Source: Nitrosopumilus sp. (GTDB taxonomy: Archaea > Thermoproteota > Nitrososphaeria > Nitrososphaerales > Nitrosopumilaceae). Taken from it: a DNA stretch of 64,000 bases. Positions 39,242-49,977 of the stretch are shown one piece after another; position 1 is the stretch's first letter, and each line of letters begins with the position of its first letter. Below the pieces are notes generated by a model that worked only from the letters and a program-made list of their open reading frames with translations, searched no databases and was not told where the DNA came from. The position numbers and the translations under genes were made by a program. The stretch lies in assembly GCA_965206745.1 (NCBI GenBank), contig OZ242220.1:96001-160000 (forward strand), written 5' to 3'.

Positions 39242-39380
39242 AATAATCCAAGATTTCTAGCTCTAATTTTTATCATTATTTTAATAAAATGAAAATAATG
39301 AATCTGTGGGTTTGACAGGTGTTAAATTACAGATATCCCCTAGGTTTAACTTAATATAAGGAAATTCGAGATCGATCACA

Positions 39381-40190
39381 TTGACTTTCAATAAAGGTTC
39401 ACTAATTTTAGTGGATTATACTGCAAAGGTAAAAGATACAGAAGAAGTATTTGATACGACAATTGAGGAGGATGCAAAAAAATACTCCATTCATGATCAA
39501 AATCTCCAGTATCACCCAAAACTGATCTCAATTGGCGAAATCTCTTATCCTGTTCTAAAAGGACTTGATGAGGCACTTGCAAAAACATCCGTTGGCGATA
39601 AACTCATAGTTGAGGTAACACCAGAGAAGGGTTTTGGTGAAAGAGATTCTGGCAAAGTCAGAATGATCCCTATTAGGAAACTAGGAGATGATGCAGAGAA
39701 AGTTACAGTGGGTGATTCCATTGAAGTTGATGATAAAAGAGGAATTATTCGTTATATTGGGTCCGGCAGAGTTCAAGTCGACTACAATCACAGGTATGCC
39801 GGAAAGACAATCCTGTTTGATGTGAATGTCATCAAGTCACTGGATACTCCAAATGACAAAGTCGATAGCATTCTCAAAAACAAACTGTTCGTTGATGATG
39901 CAAAAATCGTGTTTGATTTGAAAGACAAGGAGGCAAACATTACAATTCCCGAGGAAATTTTCCGTGCCGACGGATTACAAATAACAAAGCACTTTATCCA
40001 ACTAGATGTCTTCAAATTCGTTCCTACTTTGGAAAAAATAAATTTCATTGAAACGCATCTCAACAAACAATCCAAGGAGGAAAAACCAAAGACAACCTCT
40101 GAACCAAAGACAACCTCTGAACCAAAGACAACCTCTGAACCAAAGACAACCTCTGAACCAAAGACAACCTCTGAACCAAAGACTGCTTAA
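39381..40190 (+). CDS. Long-type archaeal FKBP peptidyl-prolyl isomerase (SlyD-like)
   Basis: VFDTT, GLDEAL, PEKGFGERD, DYNHRYAGKT. Confidence 0.92.
   Translation: MTFNKGSLILVDYTAKVKDTEEVFDTTIEEDAKKYSIHDQNLQYHPKLISIGEISYPVLKGLDEALAKTSVGDKLIVEVTPEKGFGERDSGKVRMIPIRKLGDDAEKVTVGDSIEVDDKRGIIRYIGSGRVQVDYNHRYAGKTILFDVNVIKSLDTPNDKVDSILKNKLFVDDAKIVFDLKDKEANITIPEEIFRADGLQITKHFIQLDVFKFVPTLEKINFIETHLNKQSKEEKPKTTSEPKTTSEPKTTSEPKTTSEPKTTSEPKTA
40084..40183 (+). repeat. Perfect 18-bp coding tandem repeat, 5.5 copies (PKTTSE)
   Basis: AACCAAAGACAACCTCTG repeated without variation. Confidence 0.95.
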
Positions 40191-41251
40191 ATTATTCCAG
40201 TACTCTTTGCCAAGTTAAACGCTCTTTTCTCTGTCATTTTAACTTCCTTTAGAATGGTGTATCTTTCAGGTCGAAGATCCTGTGCAATCATTAGGGCCTT
40301 TACAATTACTTTTGGTTCTATTCCAATCTGTTTTGCAGATGTCGGGGCCCCCACGTCCCTCAGTGTCTTTACAATCTTCTTCCAATCCTGTCGTTGCAAC
40401 TTTGCTATCATGATGGAACCCAGACCGCATTTTTCCCCGTGCAGTCCTATTCCCGGAGCAAGTTTGTCAAGTGCATGTGAAACAAGATGTTCTGCACCAG
40501 AACACGGTCTGCTGCTTCCGGCAATGCATGATGCGACTCCCGCACTGATCAACCCCTCCACAATCACTCTGGCATCCAATCCCTTCCTTGCAAATTCAGT
40601 AGAGTTCTCCATGACAATTTTAGCGCTCATCAGGGCCAAATTTGCCGCGTATCTGCCATAGTACTCCTTCTTCTTCTTGTGACCCAGCTGCCAGTCATTT
40701 ACCGCTATAACATTTGCAACAAGGTCCCCGCAACCGCTTGCAAGCAGTTTTGCCGGGGCCTTTTTGATAATATCAATATCCACAAAGACACCCATCGGCG
40801 CAGTTGCCACTATGGAATGCGGCTTGTCACTCTTTACAGACACGAATGGACTGGCCATTCCGTCATGAGATGCGGCAGTCGGCAGGCTTACAAACGGCTT
40901 GCCCAAATTATACGAGATCAGTTTTGCAGTATCCACTGAGCGACCCCCTCCAATCCCCACAATCAGATCCGAACCGTCTTTTTTAACGTCCTTTTGAATC
41001 TGATTCAGTGACTTTATCTGATTATCTATCGAGGTATGCCAAACAAATCGAATCTTTTTTGGTTTTAGTGATTTCTCAATTTTTTTCTTTAGTATCTTTT
41101 GGACGTTTGTCCCGGCAATCAAGGACACCTTTCTTGGCCTGTTCAATGAAGCAAGAAATTTTCCAAAGTCACCGATGTTCTTCTCTCCAATCTCGATGAG
41201 CCTAGGCAATTCCATCCTGTGTGGTTGCATGTGATCCTGATTTTTTGTCAT
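40187..41251 (-). CDS. egsA: sn-glycerol-1-phosphate dehydrogenase
   Basis: GGGRSVD, PTAASHDG, SRPCSGAEH, LHGEKCG, RPERYTIL. Confidence 0.95.
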   Translation of the reverse strand: MTKNQDHMQPHRMELPRLIEIGEKNIGDFGKFLASLNRPRKVSLIAGTNVQKILKKKIEKSLKPKKIRFVWHTSIDNQIKSLNQIQKDVKKDGSDLIVGIGGGRSVDTAKLISYNLGKPFVSLPTAASHDGMASPFVSVKSDKPHSIVATAPMGVFVDIDIIKKAPAKLLASGCGDLVANVIAVNDWQLGHKKKKEYYGRYAANLALMSAKIVMENSTEFARKGLDARVIVEGLISAGVASCIAGSSRPCSGAEHLVSHALDKLAPGIGLHGEKCGLGSIMIAKLQRQDWKKIVKTLRDVGAPTSAKQIGIEPKVIVKALMIAQDLRPERYTILKEVKMTEKRAFNLAKSTGII

Positions 41252-41326
41252 TATTTATGATTTCCAAGGATCAAAAAGTTATTTAAAAGGGTGAGATGTC
41301 ACCTACTTTATCTTAGTAGGTGTATT

Positions 41327-41959
41327 TTGTCAAATAACGTTGAAGAAAAAATTCTGCATGGGACTACCACAGTAGGTATCAAGGCTAGAGATGGTGTCGT
41401 ATTATGTGCCGACATGAGGGCCAGTGCAGGCTATTTTATCGCAAATAACAATACCATGAAGATTCAGCAGATCGATCTGCACGCAGGCCTGACCCTGGCA
41501 GGCGGTGTGGCAGATGCCCAAAATATCGTTGATATCCTACGCTATCACTCAAATCTTCACAGGGTTGACAAGCAAGACTCGATCTCGATTCACTCCCTTG
41601 CAAGGCTCTGCTCGCTGATCTTCCACCAAAACCGGGGTTATCCGTTCATGGCCGATATCCTGCTTGGCGGATATGACGCAGACGGCCCCTCATTGTTTAA
41701 CGTGGACATGTTTGGCTCAGTTGAAGAAAAGTCATACGTCACAACCGGCAGCGGCTCTCCGGTGGCCTATGGTCTTCTTGAGGAAGAATACAAGGATGAT
41801 CTTACAATTGAAGAGGCAAAACAGGTAGCCCTCAGAGCTGTTAAAGCCGCAATAACTAGAAACATTGGTACAGGCGATGGAATTAATATCGCCGTCATGG
41901 ACAAGGATGGTTTTCGTCTATTGACCGATGAGCAAAAGAAAGCCATCATCAAACTTTAG
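41327..41959 (+). CDS. psmB: Proteasome subunit beta (start probably TTG 41327)
   Basis: HGTTTVG catalytic Thr, ADMRAS, GSGS, TGDG. Confidence 0.93.
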   Translation: MSNNVEEKILHGTTTVGIKARDGVVLCADMRASAGYFIANNNTMKIQQIDLHAGLTLAGGVADAQNIVDILRYHSNLHRVDKQDSISIHSLARLCSLIFHQNRGYPFMADILLGGYDADGPSLFNVDMFGSVEEKSYVTTGSGSPVAYGLLEEEYKDDLTIEEAKQVALRAVKAAITRNIGTGDGINIAVMDKDGFRLLTDEQKKAIIKL

Positions 41960-41966
41960 TGATTTA

Positions 41967-43907
41967 ATGCAACGAAAATATCAAGAAAAAGAGTTACCTC
42001 CTACTAGCCAGAATATAATGGCCACCATACTGCAAAGTATACCCAAGGAGGCAAGCGTTACAAAGATAGAGTACGAGGGGCCAAGGATCGCCCTTTACAC
42101 AAACTCCCCGCGCTACCTGATGGAGAACAACGACACAATCTCCAACCTTGTCAACATAATCAAGAAAAGGATTGTAGTCAGAACCGACGAGTCAATTAGA
42201 AAGCCTGAGGATGAGACAAGAAAAATTCTGGCAGATCTGGTTCCAAAGGAGGCAAACCTGCAAGGAACTCTTTTTGATACAACCAACGGTGAAGTGTCAA
42301 TTGAAGTAAAAAGACCCTGGCTGTTGCAAAGAAATGCAAAGGAATTCAATCACGCCGAAGTTACCGAGAAGATAGGCTGGAAACTGCGAGTCAGAAAGGC
42401 CACCACCATACCATCACGTACAATCCAGACAATCAACGCGACTCTAAAACAATCATCCTCTGAGAGAAGCAAGCAGCTCAAGCAGGTGGGTGATGAAATT
42501 TTCAGACCCAGACTGTCCCAAAGGACTGAGGTATCCCTTCACACCCTCGGCGGGTTCGGTCAGGTGGGAAGATCATCGATGTTATTGACCACCTCTGAAA
42601 GCAAGATTCTCATTGACAGCGGTATCAACCCCGGTGCACGTTCCCCAATGGATGCATTTCCTAGGCTGGACTCTCTGGATATCACGCTAGACGAACTTGA
42701 TGCCATAGTTGTCGGACACGCACACTTGGACCACACCGGATTTCTGCCGGCATTGTGCAAATATGGGTACAAAGGCCCGATTTACTGTACCGAGCCCACG
42801 CTGCCCATGATGAATCTGATCCAACTCGATGCAATCAAGGTGGCTGCCGCCCAGGGCAGGACTCCAATTTATGCCGAACGCGACGTAAAACAGGTCATGA
42901 GGCAGACAATAACCATACCCTATGGGACAGTAACTGACATCTCACCTGACATCAAGCTGGTCCTTGCAAATGCAGGCCACATTCTAGGCTCGGCGCTGTG
43001 CCACTTTCATATTGGAAACGGTGATCACAACTTTGTCTATTCAGGCGATATTAAATTTGGAAAGAGCATACTGTTTGAGGCTGCTAGTTGGAATTTTCCA
43101 AGGGTTGAGACCCTGCTGATTGAAAGTACGTATGGTTTGAAGGAGGACATTCAGCCAACCAGGCAACAAGTAGAGTCCTCCTTTATCAACGCAGTAAATA
43201 ACACGCTGGCAGACGGCGGCAAGGTCCTGATTCCAATCCCTGCAGTCGGACGTGCACAGGAAATCATGATGGTAATCGATCATTACATGAAGTCAGGGGA
43301 GATGGTTGAGGCACCGGTCTTTACGGAGGGAATGATCTCAGAGGCATCGGCAATCCACGAGTCCTATCCCGAATACCTTGCACGAGAACTCAAGCAGAAG
43401 ATACTGGAAACTGATGATAATCCGTTTGATTCAGAATACTTTACCAACATCGAGCATGCAGATGCCAGGGAGGAACCCATGAGGGATGACTCGCCATGTA
43501 TAATCCTGGCGACATCCGGAATGCTCGAAGGCGGACCTGTCCTGGAATATTTCAAAAACATCGCACCTGACAAAAAGAACAAGGTACTGTTTGTCTCTTA
43601 TCAGGTAAATGGAACAATGGGAAGAAGGGTCCTTGATGGTTCCAAACAGGCAACCATGCTGGGCAAAGAGGGAAAAGTCGAAGCCGTTTCAATTAACTGC
43701 GGCGTTGAAAAGCTGGATGGCTTTAGTGGGCACAGTGACTACAACCAGCTGATGTCGTTTGTGCAAAGACTAAGGCCAAAACTCCGCCGTGTATTGGTCA
43801 ATCACGGGGAACGCAAAAAGTCAGAAAACCTTGCAATGAATATCAGACGAATGTACAAGGTTCCTGCACATTATCCGCAGGTTCAAGAGGCAATAAAATT
43901 ATTTTAG
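41967..43907 (+). CDS. KH-domain beta-CASP ribonuclease aCPSF1 (FttA)
   Basis: N-terminal KH domains, HAHLDH, AGHILGS, ESTYG, FSGHSD, NHGE; follows psmB. Confidence 0.95.
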   Translation: MQRKYQEKELPPTSQNIMATILQSIPKEASVTKIEYEGPRIALYTNSPRYLMENNDTISNLVNIIKKRIVVRTDESIRKPEDETRKILADLVPKEANLQGTLFDTTNGEVSIEVKRPWLLQRNAKEFNHAEVTEKIGWKLRVRKATTIPSRTIQTINATLKQSSSERSKQLKQVGDEIFRPRLSQRTEVSLHTLGGFGQVGRSSMLLTTSESKILIDSGINPGARSPMDAFPRLDSLDITLDELDAIVVGHAHLDHTGFLPALCKYGYKGPIYCTEPTLPMMNLIQLDAIKVAAAQGRTPIYAERDVKQVMRQTITIPYGTVTDISPDIKLVLANAGHILGSALCHFHIGNGDHNFVYSGDIKFGKSILFEAASWNFPRVETLLIESTYGLKEDIQPTRQQVESSFINAVNNTLADGGKVLIPIPAVGRAQEIMMVIDHYMKSGEMVEAPVFTEGMISEASAIHESYPEYLARELKQKILETDDNPFDSEYFTNIEHADAREEPMRDDSPCIILATSGMLEGGPVLEYFKNIAPDKKNKVLFVSYQVNGTMGRRVLDGSKQATMLGKEGKVEAVSINCGVEKLDGFSGHSDYNQLMSFVQRLRPKLRRVLVNHGERKKSENLAMNIRRMYKVPAHYPQVQEAIKLF

Positions 43908-44177
43908 ATCGTATTCCGGTTTCCAGATCTTTATATTCGATGGGGCAATTATGATTCTCTCCTCACCCAGTCTTGCAATCTCTGCATCCTCTGTCTTTGC
44001 AATGGAATACAACTCTTCAACCACCTTGCGAAGTTGGTCCACATCCTTTTGTGCCAATGGCGTGACCCTTAGAATCAAGATCATGTTCTTCTTGATGTCC
44101 TCCTTGATAGAGTGGACATCGCTGATGTCCCTAATCGTTATGGCCTTTAGATATGTGGAATTTTCTTGCTTTTGCAT
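43899..44177 (-). CDS. sepF: SepF-family protein
   Basis: ILILRVTPL...DAEIARLGEERIIIAP pattern. Confidence 0.75.
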   Translation of the reverse strand: MQKQENSTYLKAITIRDISDVHSIKEDIKKNMILILRVTPLAQKDVDQLRKVVEELYSIAKTEDAEIARLGEERIIIAPSNIKIWKPEYDLK

Positions 44178-44250
44178 CCTTGTTGAAAATGAGATCTACT
44201 TCCTCAAAAACTCTTCCTTAGTTGTAACTAATTTTTTAAAAATTTCACGC

Positions 44251-45258
44251 CTACATTCTGAATTTAAGATAGGACTGCTCTTTTGCGCATTCTGCGCTAA
44301 TCTCATCAGTCAGATCCCCGTTTTTCACGGAGACGACACCCTGTTCGGTCTTTGGCGCATCTGAATATCTCAGAGTCACCGATGATGCAAACTCCACATG
44401 CAGCTTTGCATTTTTGCCGCGCAAGATTGAGACCGGTCCCACATAGTCCTTTGCCTCAAGTACAATGTCACCAGGCAGTGCAAGTGCCTTTATCATTTCA
44501 TTCTCATCCTTGTTTCTTCCAACGACAAACTTTGTCTCCTCATCCAATCTAAAGTGCCTTCCAATCTTTAGCAGATCGATCTCGTTGATTGTCGGAGTCT
44601 CTATGTGATCAAACAAATCCTTGGCCTTGATGCCAAACTGCGGTTCAGTTAACAGGCAACCGCCACCTGCATTCGGAGGGTTTTCAATCCCGTATTCCTT
44701 GGCCATCTGCATCTGGATCTTCCTCTGCCTTCCCTTGATCATGCCGAGATTCTCCCTCTTGATCAAACCGTCTTTTTCGGCATCTGTTGGTGGCAGCAAT
44801 CCTGCAGATAACGGCCTGAGAATCTTTCCCTTCAAATTAGACTCGTTCTCAATGATGTGCAGTGACGGTGCATGCTGGCTCATCGGGCGCTGGCCTAGCA
44901 CCTCGCCTGAAATGATAAACTCCGCACCAATCTCCTCCATGTGTTTTTTTGCAGCATCAAACATCATTGTCCTGCAGTCGACACACGGATTGAACCCCGC
45001 ACCGACTCCATGCTTTGGATGTTTTAGCATCTCAATGTACTCATCACCTAGATAGACCGTCTTCAAATTTACATCAAGATCATCTGCCCTCTCTCTAATC
45101 TCAAAACCGCATCCTCTCCCACAGTCAAAATCACAAAACGGAGTCTTGATTGCAACAGCTGATACCTCAAAACCCTGTTCCTGCATCATTCTTACTGCAA
45201 GCTGGCTGTCCAATCCTCCCGATAACAGTGCAACTACCTTCTTCTTCTCTTCGGCCAC
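44251..45258 (-). CDS. ThiI/MnmA-like PP-loop tRNA thiouridylase with DUF814-like C-terminus (start moved to GTG 45258)
   Basis: SGGLDS PP-loop, NPCVDC, GEVLGQRPMSQ, AGGGCLLT, GRHFR. Confidence 0.85.
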   Translation of the reverse strand: MAEEKKKVVALLSGGLDSQLAVRMMQEQGFEVSAVAIKTPFCDFDCGRGCGFEIRERADDLDVNLKTVYLGDEYIEMLKHPKHGVGAGFNPCVDCRTMMFDAAKKHMEEIGAEFIISGEVLGQRPMSQHAPSLHIIENESNLKGKILRPLSAGLLPPTDAEKDGLIKRENLGMIKGRQRKIQMQMAKEYGIENPPNAGGGCLLTEPQFGIKAKDLFDHIETPTINEIDLLKIGRHFRLDEETKFVVGRNKDENEMIKALALPGDIVLEAKDYVGPVSILRGKNAKLHVEFASSVTLRYSDAPKTEQGVVSVKNGDLTDEISAECAKEQSYLKFRM

Positions 45259-45329
45259 TGCGATCTGGTTCAATTTTCCATATACAAACTTTGCATCATA
45301 CATAAATTGAGAATTGCAGATATCCCTGT

Positions 45330-46394
45330 ATGAAGCAGCGCAGAAAGAATCTTCTGAAACATGCCCAAAAAATGGATTGTGACACCTTGGTCGCATTCGA
45401 GCCTGAAAACCTGTTTTACATGACGGGGTTTTGGGGCGAGGCAATCGGCCTGCTTGAAAAAAATGGAAAGACCACCATAATTGCGCCTGAACTTGAGGTT
45501 GGCAGGGCAAAAGAAGAGTCTGTGGATTGCGATATAGTCACTGCAGAACGAGGAGAGGGCCTGATTGCTCCGGTTCTCAAAAAAATCAGAAAAAACAAAG
45601 TCTGCACCGACTGCCAGAACTATTCTGTAATGACGTCCTTGAAAAAATCAGTTCCAAGGATAAAATCCTCCACTGATCCGTTTTACGGTGCCAGAATCAT
45701 AAAGGATGAGAAAGAGATCAGAATCCTCAAAAAGGCCTCGGGAATCATCGATGAGATGTTTCAGGTCTGTACTGAAAAAATGAGGGCCGGCCAGAAAGAG
45801 TCCGAACTGCAAACAATTCTGATGACGTATGCAATGGAGCAGGAAATGTTTGACACCGGATACAAATCCACACTCAATCCGTTGATCATCGCCGGAGGTG
45901 GAAACGGCGCACTGCCCCATGCCCAGGTTACAAACAGAAAGTTCAAGAAGGGTGATCTGGTGGTATGTGATATTACACTGAGGTACAAGGGATATGTCTC
46001 TGATGCAACCAGGACGTTTGCACTTGGAAGAATCCCGTCACAGGCAAATGACGCATACGAAGTTGTCAAAGAGTCCCAGATGCTGGGCCTAAAAGCTGTC
46101 AAGCCAAATGTTAATTGCAAGGACGTTGATCTTGCATGCAGGAAGTACATTGATGATAAAAATTACGGCCGATACTTTATTCATTCAACGGGACACGGAA
46201 TCGGGTTGGAGGTCCACGAGCTGCCGTGTATCTCTTACAGAAGCAGTACAAAGTTAAAGGAAAACATGGCGATAACTGTGGAACCGGGAATCTACATTGA
46301 GAACAAGTTTGGAATCAGGATAGAGGACTCCCTGATTGTAAGGGACAGGCCGATTGTAATGCACAAATTCACCAAAGACTTGGTCACAATCTGA
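45330..46394 (+). CDS. Xaa-Pro aminopeptidase (M24B)
   Basis: ALPH, SDATRT, HSTGHGIGLEVHE, TVEPGIY, GIRIED. Confidence 0.93.
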   Translation: MKQRRKNLLKHAQKMDCDTLVAFEPENLFYMTGFWGEAIGLLEKNGKTTIIAPELEVGRAKEESVDCDIVTAERGEGLIAPVLKKIRKNKVCTDCQNYSVMTSLKKSVPRIKSSTDPFYGARIIKDEKEIRILKKASGIIDEMFQVCTEKMRAGQKESELQTILMTYAMEQEMFDTGYKSTLNPLIIAGGGNGALPHAQVTNRKFKKGDLVVCDITLRYKGYVSDATRTFALGRIPSQANDAYEVVKESQMLGLKAVKPNVNCKDVDLACRKYIDDKNYGRYFIHSTGHGIGLEVHELPCISYRSSTKLKENMAITVEPGIYIENKFGIRIEDSLIVRDRPIVMHKFTKDLVTI

Positions 46395-46396
46395 GA

Positions 46397-46891
46397 CTAG
46401 TCGTAGTAGTTTACCAGCTCAATGATGTGTTTTGCCTCTGGATTGTTTGAGGTAATCTCCTTGGAGGTCTTGTCTACATTCCAATCATAGTACATCTGGC
46501 CTTTGTGCGATTCAAAATTTAAAATTATCTTATATTCTTCAGAATCCAGACTTGCAACGGTCAGATCAACTGTAGTTTTTTTATGGTCAAAGATCTTTTC
46601 ATCTGGATACTCCTCACCTATCCTGTCCTCTATTGCCTCCATCACGGTCAGTCCTGAGCCGTCTGGACCGTTATATTTCATCAGGATATCTACTATCTGC
46701 TGATTCTCATCAGAGAACTCTGGAAGACTCTTTTCGAGCGTACCCTTGGTATACTCTGGGATGACAAATACCACCAGCATTGCAATCAAAGCAAGGTAAA
46801 TCGGCGCCCTTTTTTTAAGAAATGACTTGAAATCGTTCTTTTTTGGCCTGTCCTCTTTTTTATCCCCTTCCTTCTTCCTGTCTTTAGTCAT
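46397..46891 (-). CDS. Membrane-anchored hypothetical protein
   Basis: Basic N-terminus followed by one TM helix. Confidence 0.7.
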   Translation of the reverse strand: MTKDRKKEGDKKEDRPKKNDFKSFLKKRAPIYLALIAMLVVFVIPEYTKGTLEKSLPEFSDENQQIVDILMKYNGPDGSGLTVMEAIEDRIGEEYPDEKIFDHKKTTVDLTVASLDSEEYKIILNFESHKGQMYYDWNVDKTSKEITSNNPEAKHIIELVNYYD

Positions 46892-46903
46892 TATCCTCCC
46901 AAT

Positions 46904-47746
46904 CTAATTTTTGGCACTTAGAATTAAAACTTGCCAAGGAAATAGAATCTCACCATCCTTCTTTGTATATGGTGCAGTTTTATCTCTGACCAGCTGTTTT
47001 AACTCCCTTCTTTTTGAATAATCCAGCTCGCTTAGCTTTTCTTTGAGCGGCTTTGCAATGTATTTCAGATAGTTTCTCCAATAATCCTCAAATTTTCCTG
47101 GACTGTAATCAAAGATGTATTCCTTTACACTGATTTTTGAAAACCCTGCCCTCTCCACCTCTTTTCTCAGGGCAGATTTTGTTCCAAACCTGTCAAGATC
47201 CGGGGAACCCGGCGGAACATAGTCCGGAATACACCTGGCAACTGAATCAATTATGTTGCCAAAGAAGGGAACTCTGTCCCTGCTTCCGTGGACCGAGATT
47301 CCGATACTTCCCGATTTTTTGAGGTTGTTTTTCATATTTTTCAGTGCCTTTTGAGCATTAGGAAAGAAGAACAATGCGTATTGACATGTGACGACATCAA
47401 ACTTCTTGGAAAAATGGAACCTTTCAGCATCCGTATTTACAAAATCCACGTTTGATCTTTTACCGTTCCATTTCTTTGCAATCTTGATTGCAGTACTTGA
47501 AGTGTCTACACCTACAACATATCCTGTTCTCCCCGTCTTTCTCTGAATCTCATTTGTAACTGCTCCCGTACCGCACGCGACATCCAACACGGCATCACCT
47601 GCGCTGATCCTTGATAGTTCCACCAATTTTTTTGTACTTTGAAACGGCCCCTTGTCCATACTGGCCCACCTCTTGTGATATCTTGGGGCAACCTCGTTCC
47701 AGATTTTCATATTTCGTTGCTTGTATTCCAAATGAGTGAGCTTCAT
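46904..47746 (-). CDS. Class I SAM-dependent methyltransferase (UbiE-like)
   Basis: VLDVACGTG, DAE, FDVVTCQYAL. Confidence 0.9.
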   Translation of the reverse strand: MKLTHLEYKQRNMKIWNEVAPRYHKRWASMDKGPFQSTKKLVELSRISAGDAVLDVACGTGAVTNEIQRKTGRTGYVVGVDTSSTAIKIAKKWNGKRSNVDFVNTDAERFHFSKKFDVVTCQYALFFFPNAQKALKNMKNNLKKSGSIGISVHGSRDRVPFFGNIIDSVARCIPDYVPPGSPDLDRFGTKSALRKEVERAGFSKISVKEYIFDYSPGKFEDYWRNYLKYIAKPLKEKLSELDYSKRRELKQLVRDKTAPYTKKDGEILFPWQVLILSAKN

Positions 47747-47879
47747 CCTATATCGCTATACGATCCTTGATCTATTTTATGTAATCCCCTCAAAATCCGA
47801 TTTCAACGCCCTGCCTGTTTCATAGTATTCGTGTTCCAATTCTTCATCATCTGCCTTTGAGAACCTTCCTGCTTGCTGA

Positions 47880-49148
47880 TTATTTCATCTCTGACTTTTT
47901 AAATTTTGACTCGATCTGCTTTCTGATGAGTTTGGCAATCTTTTCTTTATCCATCCATCCTGTGACAATGTTTTTTTTGGCATCCACAATGATCACCTGA
48001 TTCTTTTTGGGATTCTTCCTGTATCTGATCGAACCGACGTCATTTGCCACAATCATGTCCGCTGATGATTCCCTTAATTTTTTTTCAGCTGACTTGACTA
48101 GTTGGTTTCTTGTCAGGTTTGCCTCTGCCTTAAAACCAACAAGCAAGACATCCTTTTGATATCCCCTTATCTGATCTATGATCTTTGGGGTCTTTTTGAG
48201 GCTGATGCTGATTCTTGACTTTGAACTTTTGATTTTATCTTTGCCTTGAACCACGGGCACATAGTCTGCAACAGCTGCTGCCATGACCACAACATCAAAC
48301 CTCTTCTTTAGTTCTGACTTTACCGCCAAATGCATCTCCTTACTGGATAGAACATTGATGATCTTTGCACCCTTTGGGGGTCTTTCTTTTCCTGGACCAT
48401 AGATGAGCGTCACTTTGGCTCCTGCCAAAATTAATTCTGATGCCAGGCTCACTCCCGTCTTTCCAGAACTGTGGTTTGTAATTGCACGCACGGGATCTAT
48501 TGGTTCGACGGTCGGTCCTGCTGTGATCAGTATTTTTTTGTCCTTCAGTACGGATGAAAAGCCGAATTTTTTCAACACCTTTTCCAAAACATCTTCTGGT
48601 TCTGGTGATTTTGCCTTGCCCTCCACCAGGTTGGGAGAATGAAACTCGATCTTGTCCTTTAGGAATTTGATGTTTTTTTTGACCGCAGAGTTTTCATACA
48701 TTGATGCATGCATTGCAAGGCACATCAAAATTGGAATTTTTGATCCAAACCCCACTGTAAGCACCGTTGATACGGGCGTATCGTCAATCCCATTGGCCAG
48801 CTTTCCCAATGTGTTTGCAGTCGCAGGATACACTATTATCAGATCAGACTGGTTGTAATCTGCCAATCTGATGTGTTCTAGCTTGCCTGTAAGTTTTGTA
48901 ATCACCTTGTTGCCAGTTGCCCACCTGAAATATTCTGGCTGAATAAGCTTTGTGGCCGCACTGCTGGCAACACATGTTACATCTGCCCCGTGTCTCATCA
49001 GCAATCTTGCAAGTTCAATTGCCTTGTAAGCTGCAACGCTGCCTGCCACGCACATTACGATTTTCTTACCAGACAATTCCGATCCATGAGAGCTGACTAT
49101 GTCTAGGGACGGATGATCCTTTGCCTTTAGTTTCTTCTTAACTGCCAA
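47880..49148 (-). CDS. coaBC: Phosphopantothenoylcysteine decarboxylase/ligase CoaBC (start approximate)
   Basis: GSVAAYK, PATANT, AMHASM, TAGPTVEPIDPVR, AAAVAD, VGFKAE. Confidence 0.93.
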   Translation of the reverse strand: MAVKKKLKAKDHPSLDIVSSHGSELSGKKIVMCVAGSVAAYKAIELARLLMRHGADVTCVASSAATKLIQPEYFRWATGNKVITKLTGKLEHIRLADYNQSDLIIVYPATANTLGKLANGIDDTPVSTVLTVGFGSKIPILMCLAMHASMYENSAVKKNIKFLKDKIEFHSPNLVEGKAKSPEPEDVLEKVLKKFGFSSVLKDKKILITAGPTVEPIDPVRAITNHSSGKTGVSLASELILAGAKVTLIYGPGKERPPKGAKIINVLSSKEMHLAVKSELKKRFDVVVMAAAVADYVPVVQGKDKIKSSKSRISISLKKTPKIIDQIRGYQKDVLLVGFKAEANLTRNQLVKSAEKKLRESSADMIVANDVGSIRYRKNPKKNQVIIVDAKKNIVTGWMDKEKIAKLIRKQIESKFKKSEMK

Positions 49149-49977
49149 ACTCTTCACGTAACTTTTCCAATTCCTCATCATCCATTGAAAACGTGTGCTC
49201 CTTGGCGGGAAATGAGCCTGATTTCACATCGGATCCGTATCTTTGAAGTGATTCTACTATATCTTTAGACAAATTCATGTACCTTTTGGCAAATTTTGGC
49301 CTGATTTTATCATACATGCCTAACAGATCCTGAACAACCAGTATCTGTCCGTCACAGTTAACTCCAGAACCTATGCCTATGGTCGGAACACTGACTGACT
49401 CGGAGATAATCTGTGCAACCTCGTGACTTACCATCTCCAACACAATGCTAAAGACTCCCGCATCCTCTAGCTCCTTTGCATCCTCGATTAGCTTCATGGC
49501 AGAATCCTTTGTCTTGCCTTGGACCTTGTAACCGTCCAAAAGCATTGTAGTCTGGGGCTGAAGTCCAATGTGTCCCATCACTGGAATTCCCACATCAACT
49601 ATTGCACTGATTGTCTCGGCCATGATTGACCCGCCTTCAAGCTTTACTGCGTCTGCACCTGCCCTGATCAATCTTCCGGAATTATTTATGGCATCCTCAA
49701 TGCTTGCCTGGTATGACATAAAAGGCAGATCAGCTACCAGCAGGGAATTCTTTCTTGCCCTGCCAACGGCTTCTGTAAACATGCACATCTGTTCCATTGT
49801 TACGGGAATGGTATTCTCATATCCGAGCATCACCATTCCGGCGCTATCTCCAACTAGCAGCACGTCGGTTCCTGCCTTATCACACAGTGATGCCAGAGTA
49901 TAGTCATAGCTTGTAATTGCAGAAATTTTCTTCTTTTCTTTCTTCATGTTGATGATGTCCTGGACACTTTTATGCAA
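49138..49977 (-). CDS. panB: 3-methyl-2-oxobutanoate hydroxymethyltransferase
   Basis: LVGDS, ADLPFMSY, AVKLEGG, GHIGLQPQ, DGQILV. Confidence 0.95.
   Translation of the reverse strand: MHKSVQDIINMKKEKKKISAITSYDYTLASLCDKAGTDVLLVGDSAGMVMLGYENTIPVTMEQMCMFTEAVGRARKNSLLVADLPFMSYQASIEDAINNSGRLIRAGADAVKLEGGSIMAETISAIVDVGIPVMGHIGLQPQTTMLLDGYKVQGKTKDSAMKLIEDAKELEDAGVFSIVLEMVSHEVAQIISESVSVPTIGIGSGVNCDGQILVVQDLLGMYDKIRPKFAKRYMNLSKDIVESLQRYGSDVKSGSFPAKEHTFSMDDEELEKLREEFGS

Noticed and set aside
40084-40183. Short repeats as a CRISPR array
   Set aside because: No spacers, in-frame within a CDS, no cas genes.
45259-45510. N-terminal extension of the thiouridylase ORF
   Set aside because: Overlaps the divergent aminopeptidase; recognisable homology starts at GTG 45258.
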